The notes: generated by a model not told the origin, from the sequence alone. 64,000 nt of DNA from the human T2T-CHM13v2.0 reference genome, Homo sapiens (GCF_009914755.1 NC_060934.1), one strand, 5' to 3'. Counted from the first letter of the stretch, positions 25,303 through 39,899 are shown. Numbers and translations: made by a program.

Positions 25303-26390
25303 TTAATGTTCAGTTTTCTTTTGAAATTCTCCACTTACTATTTAATTCCTTGAACATATTAAATATAGTTGTGTGTTTTTATGAAGTATATTCTTTATAA
25401 TTTTAATATGTGTATTTTGGGGGGTTCTAGTTCTAATATTTATTGTCCTTTGGTTTCTCGTCGATTTTGGGTACATGTAAAATTCACTATTTTTGACTAG
25501 GTGCTGAACATTGCATGTCAAAAATTGTAGCAATAATTTGAAGTTACATATGATATTATTTTCCTTAAGAAATGATTTATTTTTTTTCTTGTAGACAGCT
25601 AAGCTGGAGAAAAATTGGAACCAAATCTGGGATTTAAATCATTTAAAAAGGGCTTTTACTCCTCGTGAGAGTTTCTCTATCTGCTGTTCATTATAAATTA
25701 CAGTGGATCCTCCTTACCCACAGAGGATATGTCTCAGGACCCCCAGTGAATGCCTGAAACCACGGATAGTACTGAGCCCTATATATACTTGAACATTTTC
25801 CCATATATACATTCCTATGATAACATTTAATTTATAAATTAGGTGCAGTAATATTTTATCAATAACTAATAATAAAATGGAGCAATTATAACAATACTCA
25901 GAATGGTGCACAATTTGAAGGTTATAAATGTTTATTTGTTTATGAATGTCTATTTCTGGAATTTTCCATTTAATATTTTCAGACCATGGTTAACTGTGGG
26001 TAACTAAAACTGTAGAAAGTGAAAACACAGATAAAGGGAATGTAGCCCATCAGAATTTCATTTTAAAATATGCAATATTAGCCAGGGATATTTTTCCTTC
26101 ATGATTCCTGAACTTTTCTTTTCTCCTCTAGCTTCGTAAGACTAATGAAAACTGCTCATATTTTCAGGTTTTTTATTCACTACTTTTGCTTTCAGAATCA
26201 GTAATTACCCAGCAGGTAAGTGATATTCTAAGTGCCTAAATACTTCTCTTGGTTTCCCTATTTTTACAGTTCATGGCCTGAAAATTCTTACTTCCTTGAT
26301 AATTCTCCAAGAACTTAAATCAGATGTTTTGTACATTTTGGACAGAGTCTGTAGTCCTAATCATCCCATTCATCCACTGCTGGCAACAGA
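25303..26390 (-). mobile_element. Continuation of old L1M, interrupted by MER44
   Basis: T-rich degenerate L1-like sequence continuing from the 21.6-24.1 kb block. Confidence 0.4.
25701..26042. mobile_element. MER44/Tigger7-type TcMar MITE
   Basis: CAG...CCTTACCCACAG start, GGACCCCCAGTGAATGCCTGAAACCACGGATAGTAC, end TAACTGTGGGTAACTAAAACTGTAGAAAGTGAAAACACAGATAA. TA on both sides. Confidence 0.8.
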
Positions 26391-26394
26391 AATG

Positions 26395-27335
26395 AACAAA
26401 TATACATTTTGAAGTAAAATAACAAAATGAAAACCTACAAATTCACCACCTTGCTTAAATTTTTACCAGTGTAATTGAGTCTACCTGTGTCCTCCCTACC
26501 TCTTCTAATCATCCAGAATTAACAGCAGTCCTGAATTCCTTTGCTTAAAAATTATCTTACTATTTATATTTATATCCCTAAGCAATATATTGTTTGGTTT
26601 GCTTGTCTTGAACTTTATAAAAATACATACTTTTTCTAGTCTTCTGAGACTTGCCTTTTTCCCTCAATATTGTGGTTCTGAGATTTATCCATGTTATTGT
26701 GAATAGCTCTAATTCATTTATTCTTCTATACATATATTCTATTATCTATTTTGTTTTCAATGGGCATTTGTTTGAGTTTTATCTTTTTTTGAATTACAAA
26801 CAAGTTGCTGTGGATATTCTTGTGCGTGTCTCATATTGGCAATAGTCAACAGATTCTCTAAGGTATACAAATAGGAATGAGATGTTTGTGTAAGAGAATG
26901 TGTACATTTTCTACTTTTCTAGATAATGCCTGGTTGTTTTATATAGTTGGTATATCAATGTGCACACTCACAAACAATTGCTTATGGGTTCCCTTTGATT
27001 CGTGTATTCACTAATATTGATACTGCCAAACTACTAAATATTTGCCAATATATTGCAAAATTGTAGTCATTGTGGTCTTAATTTACATTTCTTAATTACT
27101 AATGAGGTTCAACAACTATTTATATATTGGTTCATCATTCATGTTTATTTCTCTGTGAAATGCCTGTTCTTAATTTACCTTTTTGCCTGTTTTACTTTAA
27201 ATAATTGATTTCCAGGAATTACTTATATATTTGGAACGCTACTGCTTTATCAGGTATATGTATTGTAAATATCTTCCAGTTTGTTACTTCTTTTTACGTT
27301 GTTTCTGATGTATTTTAATAAAAGGAAATTGTTAA
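26395..27335 (-). mobile_element. L1ME-type 3' region, antisense
   Basis: TTCTGAGATTTATCCATGTT, TTTACATTTCTTAATTACTAATGAGGTT, TGTGAAATGCCTGTTC. Confidence 0.7.
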
Positions 27336-27486
27336 GATTTGGAATCAATTACCCACCAAAAATTAAAAGTCAGGCAAATTGTAACTTGAATAGTTGTTGC
27401 AGCTGGAAACAAATATTTTCTTTGCAAAAATGTATTTAAAATAACATTTATAATGATAATTAATTTTTAAATTTATATTGTTATCA

Positions 27487-27838
<352 letters not shown>

Positions 27839-28589
27839 ATGTTATATGTTTTTCATTTTAAAATGTTGTAGATTACTCCAATCTTACTTCCAGATTTTCA
27901 AATCATCAATAAGATATGTGTACAATTTTTAAAATATTTACTGACTAGAAATAGTTACATCCAGAATTTTTATATTAAATGATGATGTAATACAGGTAGA
28001 ATAGAATTAATATATGGAATGAGTTTTATAGTTAGTTATCTAACAACATGAACATTGTATTGTTTGAAACTATTAGACTCTTAGCCATCAGAGCCTAATA
28101 CTTCATGTGGCTTAAAAACTCTGTACTTCATGACATATTTTTTCTATTGAACCTACTAATATAAGAGTCTTTTGGAAATTTCTTTGCTCCACTAAATTTT
28201 ATCTAGTCACAAATAGGAAAGAAATATCAAAAGAAGATATACGTGTGTTACTTTTTAATATAAAGTAATTTTAATAATTTGGCACTGCTAACAATTTGAA
28301 TAAGAAAATTTCAAACTGTAACATTTAAAACAAATCTCTTAATATTAATTAAGATGTATAGTTTTGTTATAAAAGATTTTAAAATATATTGTGTTGATTT
28401 TTAATTTTTCTGTTCATGTGAATACTTTTTAAAAATTCATTTTTAAGTTAAAACTTACTTGCTATTCCTGTGGGTCAGAACACCTTCAGCCTTCCTGACA
28501 GAAAGCAAGAGCTTTCTCTTACACCAAGAAGTCACTGGTAATGTATGTGTACATCTCAGGGGCCCTTTTTTCTGAGGAGATTCAGCCTT

Positions 28590-30950
28590 AAATTCAGTGG
28601 GCCTTCATGAATTCAAGCAGCCATTTACTCAGTAAATGTGTAGTGAATGCCTACTGTGTGCTAGGCTCCAGAGATTCAGCGGTGGACAAGACAGACAAGA
28701 TCCTTGCTTTCAATAAGACTTAAAGTATAGAGGAGGGAGAAAGATAAAACCAAGAAGTAATAAATTAGTGAGAAAATATCAACTAGTCTACACCAAGAAT
28801 AAAACAGATGGGTGATCCGATGGAAAATAACTCAGTGTCATAGGATTGAGACCAAATAACAAGAAGTACAGATGCAAAAATCAAGAATAATAGCATAGCT
28901 GATAGAGAGAAAGTCCCTAGATGACAGGTATCTAAGAAACAAAAAGGCATCTGTGTTAAGGGGAATAATTGTACAAAGTATAGTCAGAGAGATAGGCAGG
29001 GCAATGATACATACCCCTTTTTAGAATGAGGAATTTGAGTGTTGTTGTAATTGTAATGGGGAACCACTGGAGAGTGTTCAATGGCATATAGACAAGATGG
29101 GATTGGAGTTTTTCAAAGATCACACTGACTGCAGTGTAATGAAGATATTTATAAGGATAAAATTTGTAACAGGGAGGACAGTTTAAAGAAGATTTTATGG
29201 GCTGACACATATCAAATATACACAAATTAATAATAATAATGAAATTAAACAACAATTAAAACATTTTGTTATTGTTGGAATTTTCCAATACACTGGCTCA
29301 TTATTCTAAAAATTGGTGAATGGCAAAGATTAAATGTTCATCATTATTTTTCTGTATAAAGTGGCTTTTAAGATAACAAAATAGTTTTTTTACAGAGGAA
29401 TTTCAGCCAATACATGCAAGCAGAATGGCAGAATTTTTTTAAATAATTTTTTTAAATTTTATACTGAAATAACAGATATAGATAGTGGTTATCAATGGCT
29501 CCTAGGACATTTAAGCAAAAAGTTGTTTGGGAATTGTATAATGAATGAAGCAATTGACATCACTGGAACCCACAAATTATTCTCACTATCCCTTAAAAGT
29601 GGGACAACCAGACACTAGATATGCCTGATATGACACAATAGGAAGTACACAGCACATCACCTATAAAGTGAAGCTATTTTTGTCAAAATAAAATTGGACA
29701 TGAATAAAACCAAGCTTCTAGATCTAACTAACAATCTAAAGAGAAACTGTGGAGACAGAAATATATTCAAAGAACTATAAAAATGCAACCAACCAATTGA
29801 GAATGTGGGTCACACTACAGAACAAATAAACTGGGTTCTTTAACAAATGAACAGCATGAAATAAAGGAGAATATTGTAGATTAAAAGTGACCCAAGAGGC
29901 ATATACAAGCTCTGGACCTTGTTTGGATTCTTATTCAAACAAAATAACTATAAAAAGACATTTTTGACACAATCTGGGAAATTTGAAAGTGGTTTGAATA
30001 TTAAATGCTGTAAGAGAATTGTTATTTTTGTTAGGTGTATAGTGGTACTATAGTTATATTAAAAACATGAGTCACTATCCACTACTGATATATACTGAAT
30101 ATTTACAGTGAAATTAGATGATGTGTGTGATTTCTTTTTAAAATACGTCATTGATTGGGGGAGAGAAAAGAGGGAGGTATGATGAAACAAGATTGGAAAA
30201 ATGTTACGAATTATTGAAACTAGATGAGGTTTTCATGGGGGCTCATTATAATATTGTCATTAGTTTTGTGTATGTTTAAAAATTTCTCTTGTAATGAATT
30301 AAAACACAAATAAAAATTACACTCATGGAGTAAGGTGAGAAGGTTAATGTAGTAGTTCAGGCAAGGGATGAGAATTGATTGCACTAAGGGAGAAATAGTT
30401 GAGATAGAAGGCATGGATGGATTCTGAATATATGTTGGAGATAAAGTAAGGAGGGTTTGCTATTGGCTTAACTTAACTTTTAAATTTTTTAAAAAAAGGA
30501 ACCTGTATTTTTGGTTTGAGTAAACTGGGAGGGTGGTGATACTGTCCTGAATCGGAAAAAGTAGAGAGAGGTGTAGGTTGGAGTCAAAGTTCATAGTTCT
30601 GCTTTTATCATGGTAACTTTGAGATGCCTATTAGACTTTAAGTGAAAATTGCAAGTAGAGAGTTGGCTGTTCCAATATAATTGTGGCATCATGCCAAGGC
30701 CAAAGGTAAACATTGAAAAGTAAAGCCATATATGATGTTTAACATCATGGGAATGAATAAGACTGAGAAACAAAACAGTGTAGATAGACAAGACAGAAAT
30801 TCCAGGAGTCAGCTTAGAGAATATCAGCATTGAGAGTCCAAGCAGGTGTACTGAATTAGCAAAGGAGTCTGAGAAGAAAAGAATGCATCACAGAAACCAA
30901 GAGAAGAAATTCCAGAAACGAGAGAGTGACAGGTGATATAAACTGCTCCT
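28590..30950 (-). mobile_element. L2 (about 28590-29160 and 30310-30950), split by an L1MC insertion
   Basis: ATTTACTCAGTAAATGTGTAGTGAATGCCTACTGTGTGCTAGGC tail, AATGGGGAACCACTGGAG, AAAGATCACACTGACTGC, resumes GTAGTAGTTCAGGCAAGGGATG...TTTGAGATGCCTATTAGAC. Confidence 0.75.
29190..30305 (+). mobile_element. L1MC4/5-type 3' UTR
   Basis: GGGACAACCAGACA, GGACCTTGTTTGGATTC...AAAAGACATTTTTG, GATGAAACAAGATTGG, CATGGGGGCTCATTATA. Confidence 0.75.
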
Positions 30951-32102
30951 TCTATAGGGTAATATAGAGGTCTTTATTGCAACTGAGAAACAGGATAGGC
31001 ACTGGAGATTCCAGGGAAAATCAAGCATATTTGGGATAGAAGCAGCAGGAGATGAAGAGTGAAAGATTCTTGAAGACTAGATGATAGTCATAAATTTTGC
31101 TTTATGGGAATAAGAGCTGCCAAATCTCTAATCAGAGCTTTTATCTCAGAGACTGAATTTTAGAAAGCACAAAAGTGGATGGAAATGAAAATGAGGTCAA
31201 GACCAAGGTGTAAGGTTCCACTTTTGTGTCCAAGGGCTTCTTCCTTCTATTTTCATAGCACATTCACTATACCCCAGATATCTACCACTTCCGTTGTCTG
31301 CAAGGTGAGATTTGGAATAGCTATTTGTCGTGTTGCAAAATTGTTGGTTTGGCTAGAGTGCCACAGTGGTTTAGACCCAGTTTCTGATCATCTGATTTTA
31401 CAGACACAGCAAGTCTTTGTGACTTGCAGAGATTCATCTCAGGACACCCAGATTAACTTTCCAGCACATAATTCTATTATATTTCTTCATGAATCAGAAA
31501 CAAGCTTTCCGCAAGAAATCAATGCCTCTCATAAATGTTCTCATTACAAACACTAATAAAACGGTCCCCTAAATACTTTTCTTTTTAGCCTAAGAAATTG
31601 AAATAAATATTCCCCAAGAAAAAATTGCCTTCAAGGCTTTATAGGAGATTTATGTAAGAAACATAAACCTATATCCCAAGGGACAAACTAAACACATCAC
31701 TTAAAGAAGCCAATATTTGGGAAATGTGTGAAGCAAACATCTTAGCACATCTGCTTAAACAATTTAAAATAAAAATTTCAGGAGACAATGAATGTTCTAA
31801 TGATTATAGTTCTTCCAAAGAGTGCCACTAGAGACCATTTCTTGGAAAAAAACAGATGACATGTCATTCTTGAAATGTTCTAAAAACTATAAAGTCTAGC
31901 TATGTTCATTTTACCTCAAATAGAATAATGAACAACCTAACATCTCAGTTCTCCTAAGCCTCAATTATAATTGGAACATGAGCTCTCCCCATGTGACTTC
32001 TCTACAGATAAAAGAGGATCTCACTGCACTAAGGAAGTGGGGAAGCAAAAAAGAACACTCCAAATAGAAAATTATTGAAAACCTTTTGAGCTACTCCTGT
32101 CT

Positions 32103-33222
32103 TCAGTGGCTTTTTGCAGCAGTTCCCATCAAGAGGTGGAGCTATATCCCCATCACTTGATTCTGGCTTTTGCTTTGTTGCTTGTTTTAACCAATGGAAT
32201 GTAATAAAGTTGTAAGTTCTTTTAATTTGGTCTCGAGGTCTCTCTTTTGAGAGTAGCCATAAGGCACACTCCAGGAAAACTCTGACCAGGGGGAAGTTAG
32301 GTTTGGATATGTGTGTCAAGTGAGACACAATGAGGAAGTAAAACCAAAATGCAGGAAGCAGAAGAAATTTGTTACTTACATACAGGTCCCAGAGAGGTTT
32401 GGAGGGCCAACAGGAGGCTGACAGGACATCTGGAGGCAGCAGGGATCTCAACCAGTGGGTAGTGGAGAAGAGAGAGAGAGGTGAAAGAAAGAGAGGACCT
32501 GTGGGACTATGCCTTTATTAGGACCCATTGGCATTATCCCTTAAGCTTTCCCAAGGGGGGATTGTGGATTGGCTAGTTAAAGAAAACACATGCAAATGGC
32601 AGGAACTTATTAATATGACAAGTGTTGACCATTAGGTTTTATTGTGGTTAGCAGCTGTGGACTGTGTTGGGTTTTAGGTTAGTGGGATGAGGAACAAGCA
32701 GGCCATACCACAAATAATCACACAGAAAGGAAAAGTTCTAACTAGGCCAAAAGTGACAGGATATGACCAGGTTTCAAAGAACTTACATCAGGCTAAAAAT
32801 GGATGTTGAGACAGCAACGCTATTAAACAAACTTATGAAGAAGTGAGAAGGTGACACTGTGTGCATTCTGAGCCTTGGCCACACAGGAAGCCTTGCAGCT
32901 TCCATTTTTGCCCTCTTGGGATACTGCTGTCATGTGAACAAGTCCAAGCTAGCCTGATGGAGCAGTGCAGTAGAGGAAAATTGAAGTGTTCAGCTCAAAG
33001 CCCATATACTGCAAAATATGTTGACTAAGGCCATCTTAAACCACCCAGCCATCATTCAATTGCTGCCCTATGGGTTAAGTCCAGGTAAAATTAGTGTAAG
33101 AACCTTGCAGCTGAGCCCATCCCAAATTATTGATCTACAGAATCATGAAAGTATACTAGATTATTGCTTTAAGTAATAATGTTTTGAGATAGTTTGTTGC
33201 TCAGCAAAGATTAACAAATACA
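32103..33222 (+). mobile_element. MLT1F/G-like MaLR LTR (split by another LTR)
   Basis: CCCATCAAGAGGTGGAGCTATATCCCC...; resumes TTCTGAGCCTTGGCC...GCTGAGCCCATCCCAAATT...GTTTGTTGCTCAGCAA. Confidence 0.7.
32211..32840 (-). mobile_element. ERV-type solo LTR, family not assigned
   Basis: About 630-bp block interrupting MLT1, starts TG, AAGT duplicated at 32207-32210 and 32841-32844. Confidence 0.55.
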
Positions 33223-33434
33223 ATTGTCTAAGTGTTGCCTTGTGCCATGAATCACTTACTGACTGATGCCATAGTTAGCCAATCAGAAGAAAATGTTTAT
33301 TTTACACTTAAGACTTTTCATATAAATGCTAGAATTATTTTTATTTTTAACCACAAGGCATCAATGATGGGCAAACCTCAATCTAAAAGTAACCCATTTC
33401 TGTTGTTCATACCACCAAACCTGCTTCCCTGACT

Positions 33435-33437
<3 letters not shown>

Positions 33438-33480
<43 letters not shown>
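33438..33480. repeat. (AC)n microsatellite, about 21 perfect units
   Basis: Read directly from the sequence. Confidence 0.98.
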
Positions 33481-33484
<4 letters not shown>

Positions 33485-36400
33485 GTTCACTCCTGTTTGG
33501 ATTGCTACATGACAGCCATTGTTATCAACCTTTGTATGCTGAGGAATATTGTGAGACCAGAGTAATACCACATTTGGGAATCTGGTGGCCAGACAAAATT
33601 GAGTTTGGTTTCTCAGCCCTTCTCTAAATCTCTTTTCCTGTCAAAGCCTAATTTTTTTTCTTTTCTCTTTGATAAGTTGCCTAAAAATTTCACTGATGAT
33701 AGATTTATTTAACAAGCTTCCTCTTCCAAAAATGCAAATATATGGGGGTGTGTAAAAGATCAGTCATTCAAATCATTCTGTGAATTGATTTAATCAGCTA
33801 CTTTTCTTGATACCCCTGGCTGAGTCCAACTCTAAAGAAAACCTTGGGATTTGGTGCGGAGGTGGGAGGTAGGAAGTTAGGAATTTGTGCACCTTTGGAA
33901 AGTAGTGGAGGCTGGAATGGGATATCATACTGTCACAGTGTTTTAGGACATCATGATGGTGCAGGCTGCCTGAGGACCTCAGGTGAAAGGCTATGTGAGC
34001 TGGAAAAAACATGAGAGAAAGGCAGGAGGGTATATAAAGCAGATTCTTTATTAAAATGCTTCCTAGTGCCAGCCCTTGCTCTGGGACTGAGAAAAGATTC
34101 ATCGTTTAATTATTTCTCTTTTTATCTTATGACACTATGATTCCAGGGTCCTGGATTTGAATTAATACCACATGTGTCATTCTTTTCACCCATGTGAAGG
34201 GAAAATAGGCTTTTGAGGGAAGAAAAAAAAGAAAAGAAAAAAAAAACAGTGGATATGAGTGTTTTCCCTGAAACTCTCACTGCTGTAAGCTCACGAGAAA
34301 GATATGCAGGAGGGCCTCCTGGTGAGGGCACACCTGTCATTAATGCAGGGCCCCATCCTCAGACTCTTATTTGGAACCCCTAAATCTGGGGAGCTTTGGC
34401 TGCAAACTCTCAAATAGAAGCCCTTGACCTGGTAACTTCCTTTCTCCTTTCTATCGAAGTCTATGTCCACAAGCAGGTCTAGAGCCTTTTCCTTCTCTAC
34501 CCTTGGTCCTTACCCTAATCTTGCTTCCCAACATCTAACCATGATTCTCTAAGAAGGAACGGTCTATTTCTCCCTAAATACTAGAGCAGAGCTCGCCCAG
34601 ACCTACCACCCTTTTGAGTTGTCCAGTGGGACACTTCCCTGATGTGTCAACTCAGTGGAGGCATAAGAGGAAATTATCAAGTAAAAAAGACCAAAAATAA
34701 AAGGCCATCGATCATAGAGAAGAAGAAAAATGAAGAAAAACAAACAAACAATAATCCAAAATCCAAATCAAAAACAAAAACAAAACTCCCCCAAACAGGA
34801 TGCTTTGGAAAAGCAGGCACATTTAGCGACTCATAGCAGACCCAATCTTGTTTGCCTACAGCAGTCCTTGTTTATGCCTGATGTTTTGGCATCTCACCCA
34901 AGATAGCACTCACCTGAGGTTTTTCTTCTTTTTTCTTTCCTTTGCCACTGCTTAAACATTTTAATGACTTTTGTGCACTACATAAATCATAATTCCTAAC
35001 AGTGACACTGACACTATGATCATTATTATCATCTTACTGATGTGGGAAACAAGACTCAGAGAGGTGCGGCAAGTTGCCTACATGGCATCTGCCACATAGC
35101 CCTGCTGCCCTGTTGCCCTTCGGCACTATAACATGCAGGATGTTGCTGGTTCATCATCACCATTGCTTCTCATTTTAGGGTATTGACCAGACCATTTTCA
35201 AGTTTTGTACCACCATTCCCAAATATATTATTCAAAACAAAACAGAAAGAAACAAAAACTTCAGAAAACAAACAGATCTCTTTTCTGTGACGTGGTTTTC
35301 CTTGGTATGGTACTATTCATCTCAGACTTACCAAACACACGTGTTAAGATATAAATCACTTGTGTTTTAAGTTTTGAGGGTCTTTGGAAAGATTCAAATT
35401 GTGAATTAACTAGATTATTCTGTCCATTTGTCCCATAAAAATTCTACAAAAATCCTGATTTAAATGTACTTACTTAAAAATATTGATCTGTTTATACTTT
35501 CAAAAGCTTGACAATCTTTCTTAATAAGATATTTAAATGTGCTTAACCGAAAAGGAGTAAAATGTGTTTGTTAATAGCCATGTGTCTTGGGAAACCTGTG
35601 CACAGAGCATCTAAATGTAAGTCACATTGCAACAGTTTAATTTTCTTTTTGTTCTTGTCAAAGAATAAGAAGCAAGAGAATCTTCATTTTGAGACTTTGA
35701 TTACATCCTCTATGTTTAATGGTCTGAGGGCTTAAGCAATAGTGATCAAAGTTTATGCATATACTTTAGAAATAAAATGCATGTCTCACAGCGGTTTTGA
35801 CTAGGATTGGAGAAATATATTATTTAAGGTTTTATGTCATCTTATGTATTAAATTTTAAAATACAAAATTGGGTAGGATTATCAATTTGGACTAATACCA
35901 CAGGTGAACATATCTGATCCCAAATTATCCATCAAATATAGAATCAAGTTCCATGAAAACATTAAATCAAATTTAGTTGGCACTGGAAGAAAAAGCTAAG
36001 AATAAATAAAATCCTCTACATTTAATTAAACCAAAAAAAGAGAATTAGGCATAGAGCATGTTTTAAAACTAGTAAGAGATCACTGGGATGTATTCTCAAG
36101 AATGATTTGGTTTTCAATTTCTGGTTTTACCTTTTACATTTAAGAGAAATAAGAAGAAATTTGAGCATATTTGGAGAGGTGAAAATGAAACAACTGAAAA
36201 GGTGGACTGAGGAAGGACGTAAAAATGGTGAGAGCTTAGGGGAGACTAATAAGCAATGGTAATTTATTCAAAATAGATGTAGAGTCACTATGAGTAAGAC
36301 AGCCTGTTAGCAAAATGTTCCTAAACTGAGAGATTAGGTCCAAAAATTTAGTGGTTACAAAGAGGCTAATTACTTGGCAAAAGTAAGGAGAATTTAAATA

Positions 36401-36911
36401 ATGCTAGAAATTATAATGTTAGAGATTAGTCAATGACCAGAGTTCAGAAATTTTATTGAACTACTACTATTAGTTATATAGGGCAGAAAAGTGCTTCTAA
36501 CAATAGATTGACAAGGTAGGAGTCAGCATCTTAATGCATATTTAAGAAATCATTAATTTTTTAAATTTTGTATTTGAATCCTAATGTAAAAGTTATTTTT
36601 ACTTTTACTAAATATATTAAACAGTTTAAACTGAAGGGAGAGTATTATAGCTACACTTACATTTTTAAAGATATACCTTGTGAGTATCCAGAGGTTACCA
36701 CTCTGTATGCTGGACTCAGTACCAGCTATTTTCTCTCACCTTTCCAGATTTAATGTGTGTAGGCCCTTCATCAATAACAGAAAGTACTCTCAGATACTTA
36801 CTAGCAGCTGGGGTAGCTAACTCCTAGTTGTGGTGACAGAAATAAGGGATGCAGATGCCCCTGTCAGGCAGTTGTGGTCATATCATGTGTCAAGATCAAG
36901 AAGTGCAAAGA

Positions 36912-37607
<696 letters not shown>

Positions 37608-38534
37608 TACATGAAACTTCAGTGAATAGAAGCTGAGCAGCTCTGCCATAGAGTGTATAGAGAGTAGCCTGGTATTGTTATAGCATTTTGTCACTTAGTA
37701 TACGGTATAAAATCTACACTTAGTTATTTTTTGTCTCTTCCTATTTATTTTACAATAAACTCTTCTGGCAACATGAGCCAAATAAAAAAGAAAGTATGTG
37801 TTTCATAAAAAATTAAGAACTGAGTGTTGTTTTTGTCTCTCAAGAGAGGTGATAATTATCATGTGTAAAATGCTTGTTGACATTTATTCAATACCACAGT
37901 GCCATAGCAAAATCACCAAGCGAATGATAATCAGAAGCAATATATCTGCTGAAGGAGCACTAGCATCAACCTTAACTGTTGGGAGGAATGTTGAGGAGGC
38001 TATCCCTAAACATGGTGATTTATCACGAGCGGCTGTCCACTGTGAAACAGGACTGTTCAGTTAGATCAAATAACTGTTCCTCTAACTTAATTTTGCTCAT
38101 TTTCAAATCCAAGTCTTCTTAAACATTTAAGAAAATCAAAGTAATGTTTTTTACTATATTGGCTCTTTTAGGGGAAGAATCATTTTTTAAACAGTTAAAT
38201 GATGTCAGGATTAAATCAGTAGTATCCCATACTTCAAACATAAAACTCAGTTAAATTAAATAATGATTCAATTTTTAATACAATTCTTGAATCAAAGCAA
38301 ACTGTAAAAAATGTATGCTGCCAAAAGTGAAACATCTGACATTATCATACATACTATTGTAAATTCAATTAAAAATTAAATGATTAAATATAAAACTGTT
38401 TTGTAACAATTATCCAAACTCTTGGTGGGTGTCATGGTAAAAATAATGTTAATAAATTTGGCAGATTAATATTAATTACTTATTGAATAATATAAAGTTC
38501 TTAATTCAATGCACTTGGAATTTGTTGTGGTGCA

Positions 38535-38966
38535 TGTCAGGCCTCTGAGCCCAAGCCAAGCCATAGCATCCCCTGTGACTTGCACATATACGCCCAGATG
38601 GCCTGAAGTAACTGAAGAATCACAAAAGAAGTGAAAAGGCCCTGCCCCATCTTAACTGACGACATTCCACCATTGTGATTTGTTCCTGCCCCACCTTAAC
38701 TGAGTGATTAACCCTGTGAATTTCCTTCTCCTGGCTCAGAAGCTCCCCCACTGAGCACCTTGTGACCCCCGCCCCTGCCCACCAGAGAACAACCCCCTTT
38801 GACTGTAATTTTCCATTACCTTCCCAAATCCTATAAAACGGCCCTACCCCTACCTCCCTTTGCTGACTCTTTTCAGACTCAGTCCGCCTACACCCAGGTG
38901 AAATAAACAGCCATGTTGCTCACACAAAGCCTGTTTGGTGGTCTTTTCACACGGACGCGCATGAAA
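38535..38966 (+). promoter_or_regulatory. HERV-H 5' LTR (LTR7 family, type II/LTR7B-like)
   Basis: TGTCAGGCCTCTGAGCCCAAG start. GC box CCCCGCCCC at about 38767-38775, TATAAAA 38832-38838, AATAAA 38902-38907. U3 CATTGTGATTTGTTCCTGCCCCACCTTAACTGAG is the type II pattern. Confidence 0.92.
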
Positions 38967-38968
38967 TT

Positions 38969-38986
38969 TGGTGCCGTGACTCCGAT
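38969..38986 (+). other. Primer-binding site, tRNA-His
   Basis: TGGTGCCGTGACTCCGAT, 17/18 match to TGGTGCCGTGACTCGGAT, just after the 5' LTR. Confidence 0.92.
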
Positions 38987-39109
38987 TGGGGGATCTCCCT
39001 TGGGAGATCAATCCCCTGTCCTCCTGTTCTTTGCTCTGTGAGAAAGATCCACCTACCACCTCAGGTCCTCAGACCGACCAGCACAAGAAACATCTCACCA
39101 ATTTCAAAT

Positions 39110-39118
39110 CCGGTAAGC
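39110..39118 (+). promoter_or_regulatory. HERV-H major splice donor
   Basis: TTCAAATCCG|GTAAGC with GT at 39113-39114, about 150 nt downstream of the LTR. Confidence 0.8.
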
Positions 39119-39319
39119 AGACTCTTTTTACTCTCTTCTCCAACCTCCCTATCCCTCAACCTCTTTCTCTTTTCAATCTTGGCGCCACACTTCAATCTCT
39201 CCCTTCTCTTAATTTCAATTCCTTTCATTTTCTGGTAGAGACAAAGGAGACAAGTTTTATCTGTGGACCCAAAACTCTGGCGCCGGTCACGGACTGGGAA
39301 GGCAGCCTTCCCTTGGTGT

Positions 39320-39790
39320 TTAATCATTGCAGGGACGCCTCTCTGATTATACAGTCACGTTTCAAGGGTGTCAGACCACGCAGGGACGCCTGCCTTGGTC
39401 CTTCACCCTTAGCAGCAAGTCCCGCTTTTCTGGGGAAGGGGCAAGTATCCCAACCCCTTCTCTCCTTGTCTCTACCCCTTCTCTGCTTTTCCGGGGACGG
39501 GACATGTACCCCAACCCCTTCTCTGTCTCTACTCCTTCTCTGCTATCCTGGGGCAGGGGCAAGTACACCTCAACCCCTTCTCCTTCACCCTTAGCGGCAA
39601 GTCCCGCTTTCCTAGGGGGCAAGAACCCCCCAATCGCTTATTTCCACACCCCAACCTCTTATCTCTGCACCCCAATCCCTTATTTCCACGCCCCAATCTC
39701 TTATCTCTGCACCCCAATCCCTTATTTCCGTGCCCCAACACTTTCTCTGCTTTTCTGGAGGGCAAGAAACCCCCACCCCTTCTCCGTGTC
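39320..39790 (+). repeat. HERV-H leader tandem repeats
   Basis: Recurrent CCTTCACCCTTAGC(A/G)GCAAGTCCCGCTTT and alternating CCCCAATCCCTTATTTCC / TCTTATCTCTGCA units. Confidence 0.8.
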
Positions 39791-39899
39791 TCTACTCTTT
39801 TCTCTGGGCTTGCCTCCTTCACTATGGGCAAGCTTCCACCTTCCATTCCTCTTTCTTCTCCCTTAGCCTGTATTCTTAAGAACTTAAAACCTCTTCAAT

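Noticed and set aside
24327-25334. 203-aa and 123-aa ORFs
   Set aside because: Fragments of a 5'-truncated L1 ORF2, split by a stop; not a host gene
31179-31556. 125-aa ATG ORF in unique sequence
   Set aside because: No recognisable motif, splice context or promoter; length is compatible with chance
32029-32451. 140-aa minus-strand ORF
   Set aside because: Crosses an LTR/MLT1 junction, so most likely a chance ORF
34908-34916. Perfect minus-strand splice donor CAG|GTGAGT (also AAG|GTAAGT at about 60583 on minus, and CAG|GTAAGT at about 26213 on plus)
   Set aside because: No convincing partner acceptor or reading frame; a few such 9-mers are expected by chance in 64 kb
38960-38966. HERV-H LTRs end in GAAA rather than CA
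   Set aside because: Present in both LTRs and, as I recall, normal for many LTR7 copies
39640-39740. Regularly spaced repeats superficially like a CRISPR array
   Set aside because: No unique spacers; these are HERV-H leader tandem repeats in eukaryotic DNA
38986-39866. Long ORFs (202 aa, 179 aa) and antisense ORFs in the HERV-H leader
   Set aside because: The two long ORFs start at TTG. The C-rich repetitive leader is naturally poor in stop codons, and the peptides are low-complexity with no domain
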